DNA of 36,786 bases from Pyrinomonadaceae bacterium (GCA_036009085.1 DASYMM010000615.1:1-36786); one strand, 5' to 3'. Positions 7,755 to 15,941 are shown, counted from the stretch's first letter. Numbers and translations are program-made. Notes: generated by a model from the sequence alone, not told the origin.

Positions 7755-9395
7755 TTAACGCGGCTGTTGCGGCGCGGTGTCAACTGTAGGAACGCTCGTC
7801 GCGCCCGTTCCTTGTTCTTCGATGACGCCGCCGAAGGAATCGGAGGCGACGCGAATGGCGTCGGGGTTATTCGCGCGCAAGGCGGCTGCCGCGAGCGTCA
7901 TGCGCGTGTCGAGCCTGACCGGGTCGCGACCGGGCGCGAATTGGGCGTCAATCTTGTTATTCGCGATCTTCAAGGCTTCGACCGCTTCCGGGTATTTGCC
8001 GGACAGAAAGAGCGCGCGCCCGTAGAGCGCGAGGAAGACGGCGTCGGTCGAATCGAGCGGTTTGCCGCCGTTTTCGTTCGCCATGCGCTGCGCTTCTGCG
8101 TGCGGCGAGGAATCAACCGCAGCCTTCAACCTGTTATAGGTGTCGTTGATGTTTAGCTCGCTCGCGGGCGTCGGCGTCGCGGCGGTCGGGGTGGACGACG
8201 CGGCGGTCGGGTTCGCATTGCCCGAGTTGGCGGCGAGTGCGGCGTTAGACTGATTTTGCTGGTAGCGCATGCCGCCGTAGAACGCCGCCGCCGAGGCGAC
8301 TAAGAGCAACAGAAGGACGCCGAACCAGCGGCTCGCGCGACCCGTCGGGCTGCGCTCCGCCTGCGCGCGTGCGGGTTGCGGCGTCGCCGTAGATGCGGCG
8401 GTAGCGGCGGCGTGTTCCTCCGTGTCTATGCGCAACTTGGTGTTTGCGGCGGCGCGCGGCGTGGCGTGCGTGTCGGGGAGGTCTGGCGCGAACGCGCCCT
8501 TGATGGGCGTCTGAAACATCGTCGTCGTTGACGCGGCGACCTCACCTGCTTTGTTCGCGCCCGCCGCGACTCGCGCCGCGCGTTCGGTCAGAAGCGTGCG
8601 TTCGTCTTCGTCCGCCGACGCGTCTCTGCGTGGCGTGTAAGCAGGCGCGCCGACGCGGACGACGACCGCCGTGAGATTATCCTCCGCGCCGCGCTCGAAG
8701 CAGCGTCGCTTCATCTCCGCGCAGGCCGCGTCGAGCGACTCGCCGCCGCGCAGGAGCGTGCTCAACTCTTCGTCGGGCAAGTGGCGCGTGATGCCGTCGG
8801 AGCAGAGCAGAAAGATCGTGCCGTCTTCAACCTCGATGGTCTTCATGTCAACTTCGACGGCCTGCTCCGCGCCGAGCGCGCGGCTGATGACATTGCGGCT
8901 CGGGTGATTCAAAGCCTGTTCGGGCGACATGCGGCCTGCGCGCACCTCTTCTTCCACCACCGAATGATCTTCCGTCTCGCGCTCAAGTCGCCCGTCGGGC
9001 GTGAGTCGATAGAGACGCGAATCGCCGACGTGGCCGATGGTCGCCTGATGGCCGTCGAGATGGAGCGCGACGATGGTGGTCGCCATCATGGAGAGTTGTC
9101 GCTGCTCGTGCGACATCTGGTAGATGGAAGCGTTGGCGCGCTGGATGGCGATCTCCATCAAGTCTTCGATGTCGTCGCCGTCCTTGTGATGCCGGAAGGC
9201 TTCGCCGAGCACCTCGACGGCGGTTTGCGAAGCGACCTCGCCCGCCTGCGCGCCGCCCACGCCGTCTGCCACGGCGAAGATGCCGCGCTCCGCGTCAACG
9301 AGCATCGAATCCTCGTTGAGCGGTCGCTTCTGGCTCAGTCCGCGGTCTGTAACGGACGCGACTTCGACTCTGACTCCGGCTGATTGCTCACTCAT
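7755..9395 (-). CDS. Transmembrane PP2C-family Ser/Thr phosphatase with C-terminal extracytoplasmic helical (TPR-like) domain
   Basis: Motifs NEDS, FAVADGVGG, LLCSDGI, GAEDNLTAVVVRV. TM segment WFGVLLLLLVASAAAFYGG. The start ATG overlaps the stop of the downstream SEDS gene by 4 nt (ATGA at 9392-9395). Confidence 0.88.
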   Translation of the reverse strand: MSEQSAGVRVEVASVTDRGLSQKRPLNEDSMLVDAERGIFAVADGVGGAQAGEVASQTAVEVLGEAFRHHKDGDDIEDLMEIAIQRANASIYQMSHEQRQLSMMATTIVALHLDGHQATIGHVGDSRLYRLTPDGRLERETEDHSVVEEEVRAGRMSPEQALNHPSRNVISRALGAEQAVEVDMKTIEVEDGTIFLLCSDGITRHLPDEELSTLLRGGESLDAACAEMKRRCFERGAEDNLTAVVVRVGAPAYTPRRDASADEDERTLLTERAARVAAGANKAGEVAASTTTMFQTPIKGAFAPDLPDTHATPRAAANTKLRIDTEEHAAATAASTATPQPARAQAERSPTGRASRWFGVLLLLLVASAAAFYGGMRYQQNQSNAALAANSGNANPTAASSTPTAATPTPASELNINDTYNRLKAAVDSSPHAEAQRMANENGGKPLDSTDAVFLALYGRALFLSGKYPEAVEALKIANNKIDAQFAPGRDPVRLDTRMTLAAAALRANNPDAIRVASDSFGGVIEEQGTGATSVPTVDTAPQQPR

Positions 9396-11110
9396 TCAAC
9401 AGCCTCCGGGATGAAAGGTTCTCTAGCGGTGCTTGACGACGACGCCGACGCGGGGCGCGGTCGCGCGGAATTCGCGGCGGCGTCGCGCGCGTTGCGATTG
9501 GAAAAAGCCATCAACATGCCGAGCATGGCGAAACTCGTGATCAAACTGAATCCTCCGTGGCTCACAAACGGGAGCGTGATGCCCGTCATCGGCAGGGCGC
9601 GCGTGATGCCGCCGATGTTGATGAGAGCTTGAAAGCCGATGAAAGCCGTCAAGCCCGCCGAGCAGAGCTTGGTGAACATGTCGCGCGCGTCAATCGCCGT
9701 GCGCATCCCTGCGTTGACGAACACGATCAGGGCGAGGATGACGAGCGCGCCGCCCGCCAACCCCAACTCTTCGCCGATGGCCGCGTAAATATAGTCGGAA
9801 TCGGCGACCGGGATCACTTCCGCGAAACCGAGTCCGAGGCCGCGCCCCGTCAGGCCGCCCGAAGCGATGCCGAAGGTGGCCTGCGCGGGTTGAAACGCGA
9901 TGCGGTCGAACCACACGTCAACGTTCACCGTGTCCCTCATCGTCTCGCTCGATTCGGCGAGTTCGCGCATGCGCTGATCTCTGGCGAGCGCGTCGTCGTA
10001 GTCTTTCTTCCACCAGGATTCGTTGGGCGAGGGCGGGTTGAAGCCGTCGAGCCAGAGATGGAAACGCTGCTTGATGCGCGCAGGCAAAGCGGCCTGCACG
10101 GGGCGCGAGAGCGTCGGCAAAAGCGGCACTTTCTCCTGCACGTTCGGCGGGAGCGACCCCGCGACGAGCACGCCGATGACGAGCACGACCGAGCCGACGA
10201 AGACGAGGAGTTGCGGCCAGCGACGCACGGCGACGAGATAGAGCGTCGCGTATGCGCCGCTGAAGACGAGCATCTGCCCGAAGTCTTTGAGAGCGAAAAA
10301 CGGGATGAAGGGAATCATCGCCATCACAATCAAGGGCACGATGGCCTGTGCGCGCGGCATGCCCCAGTAAGTTTTGGCGAGGTCGCGGTAGTAAGCCGTC
10401 AGGATTCCGGCGAAGCCGAGGAGGAAGGGAATCTTTGAAGGCTCCCAAGGCGTCATGTTACCTAACGCCTTGCCCGCGCTCGACGTGACTACAGCCGCGA
10501 CGAGCGGGACGAGCGTGATGAGCACGATGATAAAACTGTGCCGCTGCACCCAGTTGAGAAATTCGTCGCGCATGCAGAAGTAGTAGGCGATGCCGAAGGC
10601 GACGAAGGCGAGAATCGGAATCCACGTGTAGCCGGACGTGAGCACGCGCGCGACCGTCACGTCCGATTGCGTCTCGGCCTGATTTTGCAACTGCGCTTCG
10701 ACCTGTTCGCGGTTGGTCGAGAAGCCCAACATCTTCTTCTTGTCGTCGTCGTAAAATTTGTTGATGAAGCGTAGGCGTTGCACCTGCGTCTTTTCGGCGC
10801 GCGCTTCGGCCTTGTTGCGCGAGCCGTATTCGGGGTCGCTGTAGAGGCGATATTGCACGAGCATGCCGAGCGAGAAGAGCAGGATCGCCGTCGTGTACAA
10901 AGCCCAGTTGCCGCGAAACTTCATCCGCCGCGCGAGCCACAGCACGAGAAAGAAGACGGGGACGTAGAGCAGGAGATCGCGCACCGCGCTCACGGTCGAA
11001 GGTTGATAACCGCGCAGGAGTGCGGCGCGGCCGACGGCCACGTAACCGGCGATCTGCAAGCCGACGATGAGCAGCAGGATGAAGAGATGTGTCGAGGCAC
11101 GATTTTTCAT
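9392..11110 (-). CDS. SEDS-family peptidoglycan glycosyltransferase (FtsW/RodA/SpoVE), unusually long at 572 aa
   Basis: Multi-pass membrane protein. Conserved C-terminal region GLTGRGLGLG...DSDYIYAAIGEELGL...LPFVSHGGFSLITSF. It sits next to a class B PBP, so a RodA-type role is likely. Confidence 0.85.
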   Translation of the reverse strand: MKNRASTHLFILLLIVGLQIAGYVAVGRAALLRGYQPSTVSAVRDLLLYVPVFFLVLWLARRMKFRGNWALYTTAILLFSLGMLVQYRLYSDPEYGSRNKAEARAEKTQVQRLRFINKFYDDDKKKMLGFSTNREQVEAQLQNQAETQSDVTVARVLTSGYTWIPILAFVAFGIAYYFCMRDEFLNWVQRHSFIIVLITLVPLVAAVVTSSAGKALGNMTPWEPSKIPFLLGFAGILTAYYRDLAKTYWGMPRAQAIVPLIVMAMIPFIPFFALKDFGQMLVFSGAYATLYLVAVRRWPQLLVFVGSVVLVIGVLVAGSLPPNVQEKVPLLPTLSRPVQAALPARIKQRFHLWLDGFNPPSPNESWWKKDYDDALARDQRMRELAESSETMRDTVNVDVWFDRIAFQPAQATFGIASGGLTGRGLGLGFAEVIPVADSDYIYAAIGEELGLAGGALVILALIVFVNAGMRTAIDARDMFTKLCSAGLTAFIGFQALINIGGITRALPMTGITLPFVSHGGFSLITSFAMLGMLMAFSNRNARDAAANSARPRPASASSSSTAREPFIPEAVE

Positions 11111-11138
11111 GACTGGTCGGGTCTAGAACGCAACGCTT

Positions 11139-11235
11139 AAAAGCGAAAGACATGAACCACGAAATGACACGAAACAACGCGAAAAATTTTTAGCGTGTCT
11201 TCGTGTGAGTTCGTGGTTTTGCTTTTCATGCTTTT
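11139..11235. repeat. Imperfect palindrome of the CACGAAA family, copy a
   Basis: Core aaccacgaaatgacacgaaacaacgc (11155-11180) pairs with gcgtgtcttcgtgtgagttcgtggtt (11193-11218). It shares extended left-flank similarity (TAGAAC ... AAAAGC ... AACCACGAAAT) with the copy at 14412-14530. Lies between the PBP stop and the SEDS gene start. Confidence 0.8.
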
Positions 11236-11286
11236 TATTTATGAGCTTATTCCTGATAACTTTTACTCAACGATGACAACTTCGTT

Positions 11287-13254
11287 TTATTGCCTGACGG
11301 CGACAGCCTTCGGCGTCGGTTTCGGTTGCGACGGGCGCGGCGTCGGCTGCGTCTGTCCGGGTCGCGGCGTGGCCGACGGTTGACGCGTGCCGTTCGGTTG
11401 CGCCTGTGGCCGCGCCTGTTGCTGCTGCTGTTGTTGCTGTCCGCCCGGCGCGCCCTGAATGTTGCCGAGCAATCCGAGGTCGCGCGCTTTCAGGACGAGC
11501 GCGGCGGCGATGGGCGCGGCAGCGCGCGAACCGTAGCCGCCGCCTTCGACGATGACGGCCATCGCGATTTGCGGGTAATCGAGCGGCGCGATGCAGAGAA
11601 ACCAACTGTCAATGCGTTTCTCTTCCGAGATCACGATCTGCCTGTACTCGCGTATGATGTTGCCGCGCCGGTCGCGTTCGTATTTTTTGACGGTCTTCGG
11701 TTCGCCCGTCTTCGGGTCGTATTCGGGCACGTCCTTTTGCGCCGTGCCGGTCTTGCCGCCCGAAGTGATGCCCGCCGCTTGGACGGGGCCAAAGACGCCG
11801 CGCGCCGTGCCCGAAGGGCCGCCCGTGACGAGTCCCATGATGCGACGCATATCTGCGGCCTTGTCAGGCGAGACGACTTGATTGAACACGGCGGGCGGTT
11901 GGTTGTACTCGATCTTCGGCTTCATCAACTTGCCTTCGAGGTTGGCGATGGCCGACGCGGCGAGCGCCATCTGAAACGGCGTCATCTGTCCGGCGTAGCC
12001 TTGCCCGAAACCTTCGATGGCGAGATCGTAAGGGCGCATCTTCGCCGCCGTCACGATGGTCGCTTCGCTCGGCGCGAGCGCGCGTGCGAGGGCGGTGCTT
12101 GAGGTGTTCCAGATTTCAGTTTGACGACGCCCGCGCGTCGCTTCTTCGGGCGTCGCGTACGCGCCGATGCCGACGAGTTGCGCGCCCTGCTTCAAGCGTT
12201 CCGCGCCCATCTTCACCGCCGCCTGCGCGAAATATTGATTGCACGAAACTTCATAGGCCGTGTCCACGCCGATCAAGCCGTGGACTTCGCCCGCGCCGCC
12301 ATCGTCGAAAATGGCTTTCGCGCCGGGCTGCGCGTAGTAGCCGCCGCCGCTGCACAGGTATTTGTCGTTCTGCGTCCCGGCGAGATACTGCGCGATCATG
12401 GTGACGGTCTTGAAGGTCGAACCGGGAATGTAGTAGCTGCGGAGCGAGCGGTTGACGAGCGGGCTGTTGCGTTTGTCGGCGTCGAGTTTGATCCAGTTGC
12501 TTTCGTCCTGCACTTCGGCGAGCGTGTAGGTGGGGTTGCTGTACATGGCGAGCACTTCGCCCGTCTGCGGATTCAACACGACCACCGCGCCGTGCCGGTC
12601 GCGCAACTGTTCGACCGCGGCCTTCTGCAACTCGCTGTCAATCGTCAAACGCACGTCGAGGTTGGCGGGCTGTTTGATGTCGCGCTCGAAGAGCACGTCA
12701 ATCGCTTCGGGAGCCGCGCCGCTTTGCACGCCGAAGAGCGCGCGCTCGATCCCCGCGTCGCCGCGTTCCGAACCGAACAACTGCGCCATCTCTCTGTCCA
12801 TCGGATACTCGCGCACGATGCGCCCGTTGTCGCCGCGTTTATAGAGCGCGAGCGCGCGGTCGAGGCTGCCGGAACGATCCAGAATCCAGCCGCGCAGCGT
12901 TGATTCCGAAAGTCTACGGTTGCGCAAATCTTTATAGTTGAGATCGGAGAAACGGTCGTTGCGCTCTTCGGCGTAGCGCGCCCAGTAGACGTGGAAGCCG
13001 AAGACCGTGAGCGAGAGGATGAGGAAGAGCCAGCGCAGCGCGTAGAGTCCGCGATTCGTGGAGGTGACGCCGAGCCTCTGCCGCACCTCGGCCGGCAAAT
13101 CCGCGGGCGCAACCGACGCCAGAGCCGAACGCCGCCGACGCATCCCCAGCACCAGCGACAAACCGAGCAACAAGATCATCAACCCCAGTCCCGCCACGTA
13201 AATCAAACTCAACAGGGCGGGCTGCTTCTCCGGTATAACTTCTAAAAGAAACAT
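11287..13254 (-). CDS. Class B penicillin-binding protein (PBP2/PbpA-type transpeptidase) with Gln/Pro-rich C-terminal tail
   Basis: N-terminal TM anchor. Motifs STFK (GSTFKTV), SCN (YEVSCNQ) and KTGT (GGKTGTAQ). The tail reads QQQQQQQQARPQAQPNGTRQPSATPRPGQTQPTPRPSQPKPTPK. Confidence 0.9.
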   Translation of the reverse strand: MFLLEVIPEKQPALLSLIYVAGLGLMILLLGLSLVLGMRRRRSALASVAPADLPAEVRQRLGVTSTNRGLYALRWLFLILSLTVFGFHVYWARYAEERNDRFSDLNYKDLRNRRLSESTLRGWILDRSGSLDRALALYKRGDNGRIVREYPMDREMAQLFGSERGDAGIERALFGVQSGAAPEAIDVLFERDIKQPANLDVRLTIDSELQKAAVEQLRDRHGAVVVLNPQTGEVLAMYSNPTYTLAEVQDESNWIKLDADKRNSPLVNRSLRSYYIPGSTFKTVTMIAQYLAGTQNDKYLCSGGGYYAQPGAKAIFDDGGAGEVHGLIGVDTAYEVSCNQYFAQAAVKMGAERLKQGAQLVGIGAYATPEEATRGRRQTEIWNTSSTALARALAPSEATIVTAAKMRPYDLAIEGFGQGYAGQMTPFQMALAASAIANLEGKLMKPKIEYNQPPAVFNQVVSPDKAADMRRIMGLVTGGPSGTARGVFGPVQAAGITSGGKTGTAQKDVPEYDPKTGEPKTVKKYERDRRGNIIREYRQIVISEEKRIDSWFLCIAPLDYPQIAMAVIVEGGGYGSRAAAPIAAALVLKARDLGLLGNIQGAPGGQQQQQQQQARPQAQPNGTRQPSATPRPGQTQPTPRPSQPKPTPKAVAVRQ

Positions 13255-13262
13255 ATTTTTAA

Positions 13263-13395
13263 GTGACGAGTGACGAGTAACGAGTTGAAGACAAGATCAA
13301 GTTTTCCTTTAACCTTTCAGTTAATCTCTCTGTGACGAGCGAAAGACAAGTTTTTTTGTTTTAACTTGTCACTCGTCACCTGTCACTCGTCACTG
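13263..13395. repeat. GTGACNA-family heptamer-arm palindrome, copy 1
   Basis: Plus-strand arm gtgacgagtgacgagtaacgag (13263-13284). Inner hairpin gtgacgagcgaaagacaagtt / aacttgtcactcgtcac. Terminal arm ctgtcactcgtcactg ends at 13395. The TGA stop of the FHA gene (13390-13392) lies inside the terminal CAGTGAC. Confidence 0.9.
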
Positions 13396-14238
13396 CTTTT
13401 TGAATCTGACCTCGACATCGCCGAAGCCGACGACATCGCCGTCTTCGAGTTGGCGCGCTTCGCCGTAATTGATGCGCCTGCCGTTTATATAAGTTCCGTT
13501 TACCGAACCTGTGTCGGAAACGAGCAAAGTTCCTTCGCGGTTCATCAAAATCGCGGCGTGAATCTTCGAGACGCTCGGATGCGCGAGCGACAGATCGCAA
13601 TCCGTCGCTCGCCCGACGCTCAGGCGTCTGCCGCCCGGTTTGAAGTAGAGCGTCTGGTCTTCCGCCTCCTTGCCGATTTGGATGCGCGCGTGCACCGCTG
13701 TATTTTTCGCCGCCGCTGCTCCGAGAGACGACGAAGGCACGGCTCCTGCCGCTGCTTCTCCCGCCGCCGCACGCGCGCGCTCCTCATCCTCGCGCTGCAA
13801 CTCCTCTTCAAACTCGCCGAAGCTCGGATCGACCGCAATGCCCGTCGTGAAAATATCTACGAGCGTTTCCACTTCGACGGGCGCGAGCGTACGCAGGCGT
13901 TGGTCGTTGATGTGATCGATGGCGGCGGCCAGCACTTCGTTCTCCAACTCCCTGACCGATTCCGGCGGAGCCTCGGAATGAGTGCCCCACTCGACCTTGA
14001 GTTTCATCACGTGCGGCGCGATGCGCCCGCGCTTCGGGTCGTTGCGCACGCGTTCGTCAATCAAACGGTTCATGCGTTCGATCAGGCGCGTCGTCGTAAA
14101 ACCGCTCTGCGGTTCGAGTGTGCGACCGAGCGAACGGTCAACCACCGCGCCGACGCGATCCAGCACGCGCCTGAGCAGTCGCTCGGCCAGAGCTTCGTCG
14201 CGCTTCGGCACGCCCTCTTTTTTCTCTGTCTTGTCCAT
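13390..14238 (-). CDS. FHA-domain protein (second FhaA-like paralogue, first gene of the minus-strand cluster)
   Basis: C-terminal FHA core LSVGRATDCDLSLAHPSVSKIHAAILMNREGTLLVSDTGSVNGTYINGRRI. The N-terminal domain is similar in layout to the 5153-6007 product. Confidence 0.82.
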   Translation of the reverse strand: MDKTEKKEGVPKRDEALAERLLRRVLDRVGAVVDRSLGRTLEPQSGFTTTRLIERMNRLIDERVRNDPKRGRIAPHVMKLKVEWGTHSEAPPESVRELENEVLAAAIDHINDQRLRTLAPVEVETLVDIFTTGIAVDPSFGEFEEELQREDEERARAAAGEAAAGAVPSSSLGAAAAKNTAVHARIQIGKEAEDQTLYFKPGGRRLSVGRATDCDLSLAHPSVSKIHAAILMNREGTLLVSDTGSVNGTYINGRRINYGEARQLEDGDVVGFGDVEVRFKKQ

Positions 14239-14444
14239 GCGAATCTATACGCCCACACGCCGACGAGGTTCAGTCAACGTCTAACTGCTCAGAGTAAACT
14301 ACGCACGCAAAAGTTGCGCGCCGCGGGGGAGGGAATTGTAAATATTTTCGGGCGCGGACTATTTTAAGGGGAAAAGGGGAAAAGTAAAAAGGGGAAAGCT
14401 CGAAGCCGCCGTTTAGAACCGTTCTTATACAGAAAAAGCCAGAA

Positions 14445-14530
14445 AGGCGAAACCACGAAATCACACGAAGCAACACGAAAACGGACTAAATTTGTTTCGT
14501 GGCGTTTCGGGTAATTTCGTGGTTTCGCCT
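14445..14530. repeat. Imperfect palindrome of the CACGAAA family, copy b; possible terminator of the TrmH-family gene
   Basis: aggcgaaaccacgaaatcacacgaagcaacacgaaa (14445-14480) pairs with tttcgtggcgtttcgggtaatttcgtggtttcgcct (14495-14530). The outer 17 nt pair perfectly. On the minus strand a TTTTT run (14433-14437) follows the stem. Confidence 0.8.
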
Positions 14531-14565
14531 CTCTCGCTCCGATGTCGTTTGTTCCAACTTCCGCG

Positions 14566-15366
14566 CTACGCACTCGCCGCCGCACGCTGCCGCGCCGCTT
14601 CGTAAAGTATCACGGCGAGCGCGACCGCGACGTTCAAGCTTTCGACGGGCGGTTGCATTGGGATGCGTATGCGCTCGTCGGCCAGACGCGTTTCTTCGTC
14701 CGACAGCCCTCCGGCCTCCGCGCCCATGAGCACGGCGTAAGCGTCTGTCCAGACGAGATCGGTATGCGCCTGACGAGCCGCGAGGTCTGCGCTCACCGTG
14801 CGTATCCCGTGCGCGCCGCACCATGCGACGACTTCGGCGAAGTCCGCGTTCGTCCACAGCGGCAGGCGAAAACTCGACCCCATCGCGCCGCGCAAAGCTC
14901 TCGGTGAAAGCAGGTCGGTTGTGCCGGCGGTTGAGATCACGCCCGTCGCTCCCGCTGCCTCGGCCACGCGCAGCATCGCGCCCGCGTTCGCCGGATTGTT
15001 GACGCGATGCAGGACGACGAGCAGCGCATCTGCGCGGAGCGACTTCTCAAACGTCGCGCGATCCGTCGCCTGCCTCTGCGCGAGCAGGATGATCCCCTGC
15101 GGCGTCTTCGTGTCGCTCAAGGACGCGAAGACCGGCTCGCTGACGAGGTTGAAGCGCGGGTTCAGACGCTTGAGTTCGTCGAGCAGTCGTGCGGCTCGCG
15201 GGTCTGCGGCAAACTTCTCCGTGTAGAGCACCTCCTCGCAGGCGCGGCCGGAGCGCGCGGCCTCCTCGCACAAGCGCAAGCCTTCGACGAAGAGCGTGTC
15301 TTTCGTCGCGCCTCTGCTCGCGTCGCGTGCGCGCTGGATGAGTGGATTCTGGCGGCTCTTGATCAT
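14566..15366 (-). CDS. TrmH/SpoU-family RNA 2-prime-O-methyltransferase
   Basis: Motifs NPANAGAMLRVAEAAG, LLMGAEAGGLS, IPMQPPVESLNVAVALAVILYE. Start chosen at the ATG at 15366 (MIKSRQNPLIQRAR, a typical family N-terminus). An alternative ATG at 15405 would add 13 aa. Confidence 0.8.
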   Translation of the reverse strand: MIKSRQNPLIQRARDASRGATKDTLFVEGLRLCEEAARSGRACEEVLYTEKFAADPRAARLLDELKRLNPRFNLVSEPVFASLSDTKTPQGIILLAQRQATDRATFEKSLRADALLVVLHRVNNPANAGAMLRVAEAAGATGVISTAGTTDLLSPRALRGAMGSSFRLPLWTNADFAEVVAWCGAHGIRTVSADLAARQAHTDLVWTDAYAVLMGAEAGGLSDEETRLADERIRIPMQPPVESLNVAVALAVILYEAARQRAAASA

Positions 15367-15483
15367 CTGGACTGGTGCGGGACTTCCGCAGGAGTCGCGC
15401 GGCATTGTTCCGATTCAGACGGCATTGCTAAACTACACTACGGTTTTAATATCGCATCTTCCTTCGCGCCTTCTGGTTTACCT

Positions 15484-15527
15484 CTTTGCGCCTTTGCGAG
15501 AAATACAGTTCACGCAAAGGCGCAAAG
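15484..15527. repeat. Perfect 15-bp hairpin of the TTTGCGC family in a divergent intergenic region
   Basis: ctttgcgcctttgcg (15484-15498) is the exact reverse complement of cgcaaaggcgcaaag (15513-15527), with a 14-nt loop. A further cgcaaagg follows at 15541. Confidence 0.85.
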
Positions 15528-15578
15528 CCGGAACTTAAGCCGCAAAGGATTGAGTACTCTTGGAGAGAGTTGGCGCAG

Positions 15579-15941
15579 ATGAAGAGACGCGTGGTCGTGT
15601 TGGTTGAAGACCTTTTTTTCGCCGCGAAGATTCGCGCGACGGCGGAGCACCTCGGCGTCGAAGTGCTGTTTCCCCGCAGCCCGCAGGCTCTCCTTGAAGC
15701 ATTCAACCCGGACGCGCCCGCGCTCGTCATCGTTGACCTGCACCTGCAACGCGACGACCCGTTTCTCATCGCAGGCAAATTAAAGTCGGACGAGAAACTT
15801 AGCGCGACGCCGCTCGTCGGCTTCTTCTCGCACGTGCAGGTTGAATTGCAGAGGCGCGCGGAGGCCGCGGGTTTCGACCGCGTCTTGCCGCGCTCCGCGT
15901 TCACCAAACGCCTGCCGGAAATTTTGCAGGGACACTTTTAA
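15579..15941 (+). CDS. Stand-alone response-regulator receiver-like domain (atypical)
   Basis: ATG at 15579 preceded by GGAGAGAG. VVVLVEDLFF...ALVIVDLHL...PLVGFFSH gives a CheY-like beta-alpha pattern with a candidate acceptor Asp in VIVDL. The conserved Lys position reads VLPRSAF rather than KPF. Confidence 0.6.
   Translation: MKRRVVVLVEDLFFAAKIRATAEHLGVEVLFPRSPQALLEAFNPDAPALVIVDLHLQRDDPFLIAGKLKSDEKLSATPLVGFFSHVQVELQRRAEAAGFDRVLPRSAFTKRLPEILQGHF

Noticed and set aside
11417-11440. Poly-Gln codon run in the PBP gene as a slipped-strand phase-variation tract
   Set aside because: The run mixes CAG and CAA codons, and any slippage would be in multiples of 3 (in-frame). It is therefore not a plausible on/off switch.
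14244-14277. Sigma-70-like promoter for the FHA operon (minus strand TTGACT ... TATAGA, with the -10 ending 5 nt before the ATG, which would imply a leaderless mRNA)
   Set aside because: The spacer between the hexamers is 22 nt, well outside the canonical 16-18 nt. Not supportable without TSS data.
14270-14585. Small ORFs inside repeat elements (peptides such as VISWFRL, VTSDE, SLVTRH; also 11195-11383, 24199-24520, 36067-36288)
   Set aside because: They are translations of the repeat units in arbitrary frames. The same peptide words recur wherever the repeat occurs, and there are no RBS or coding features.
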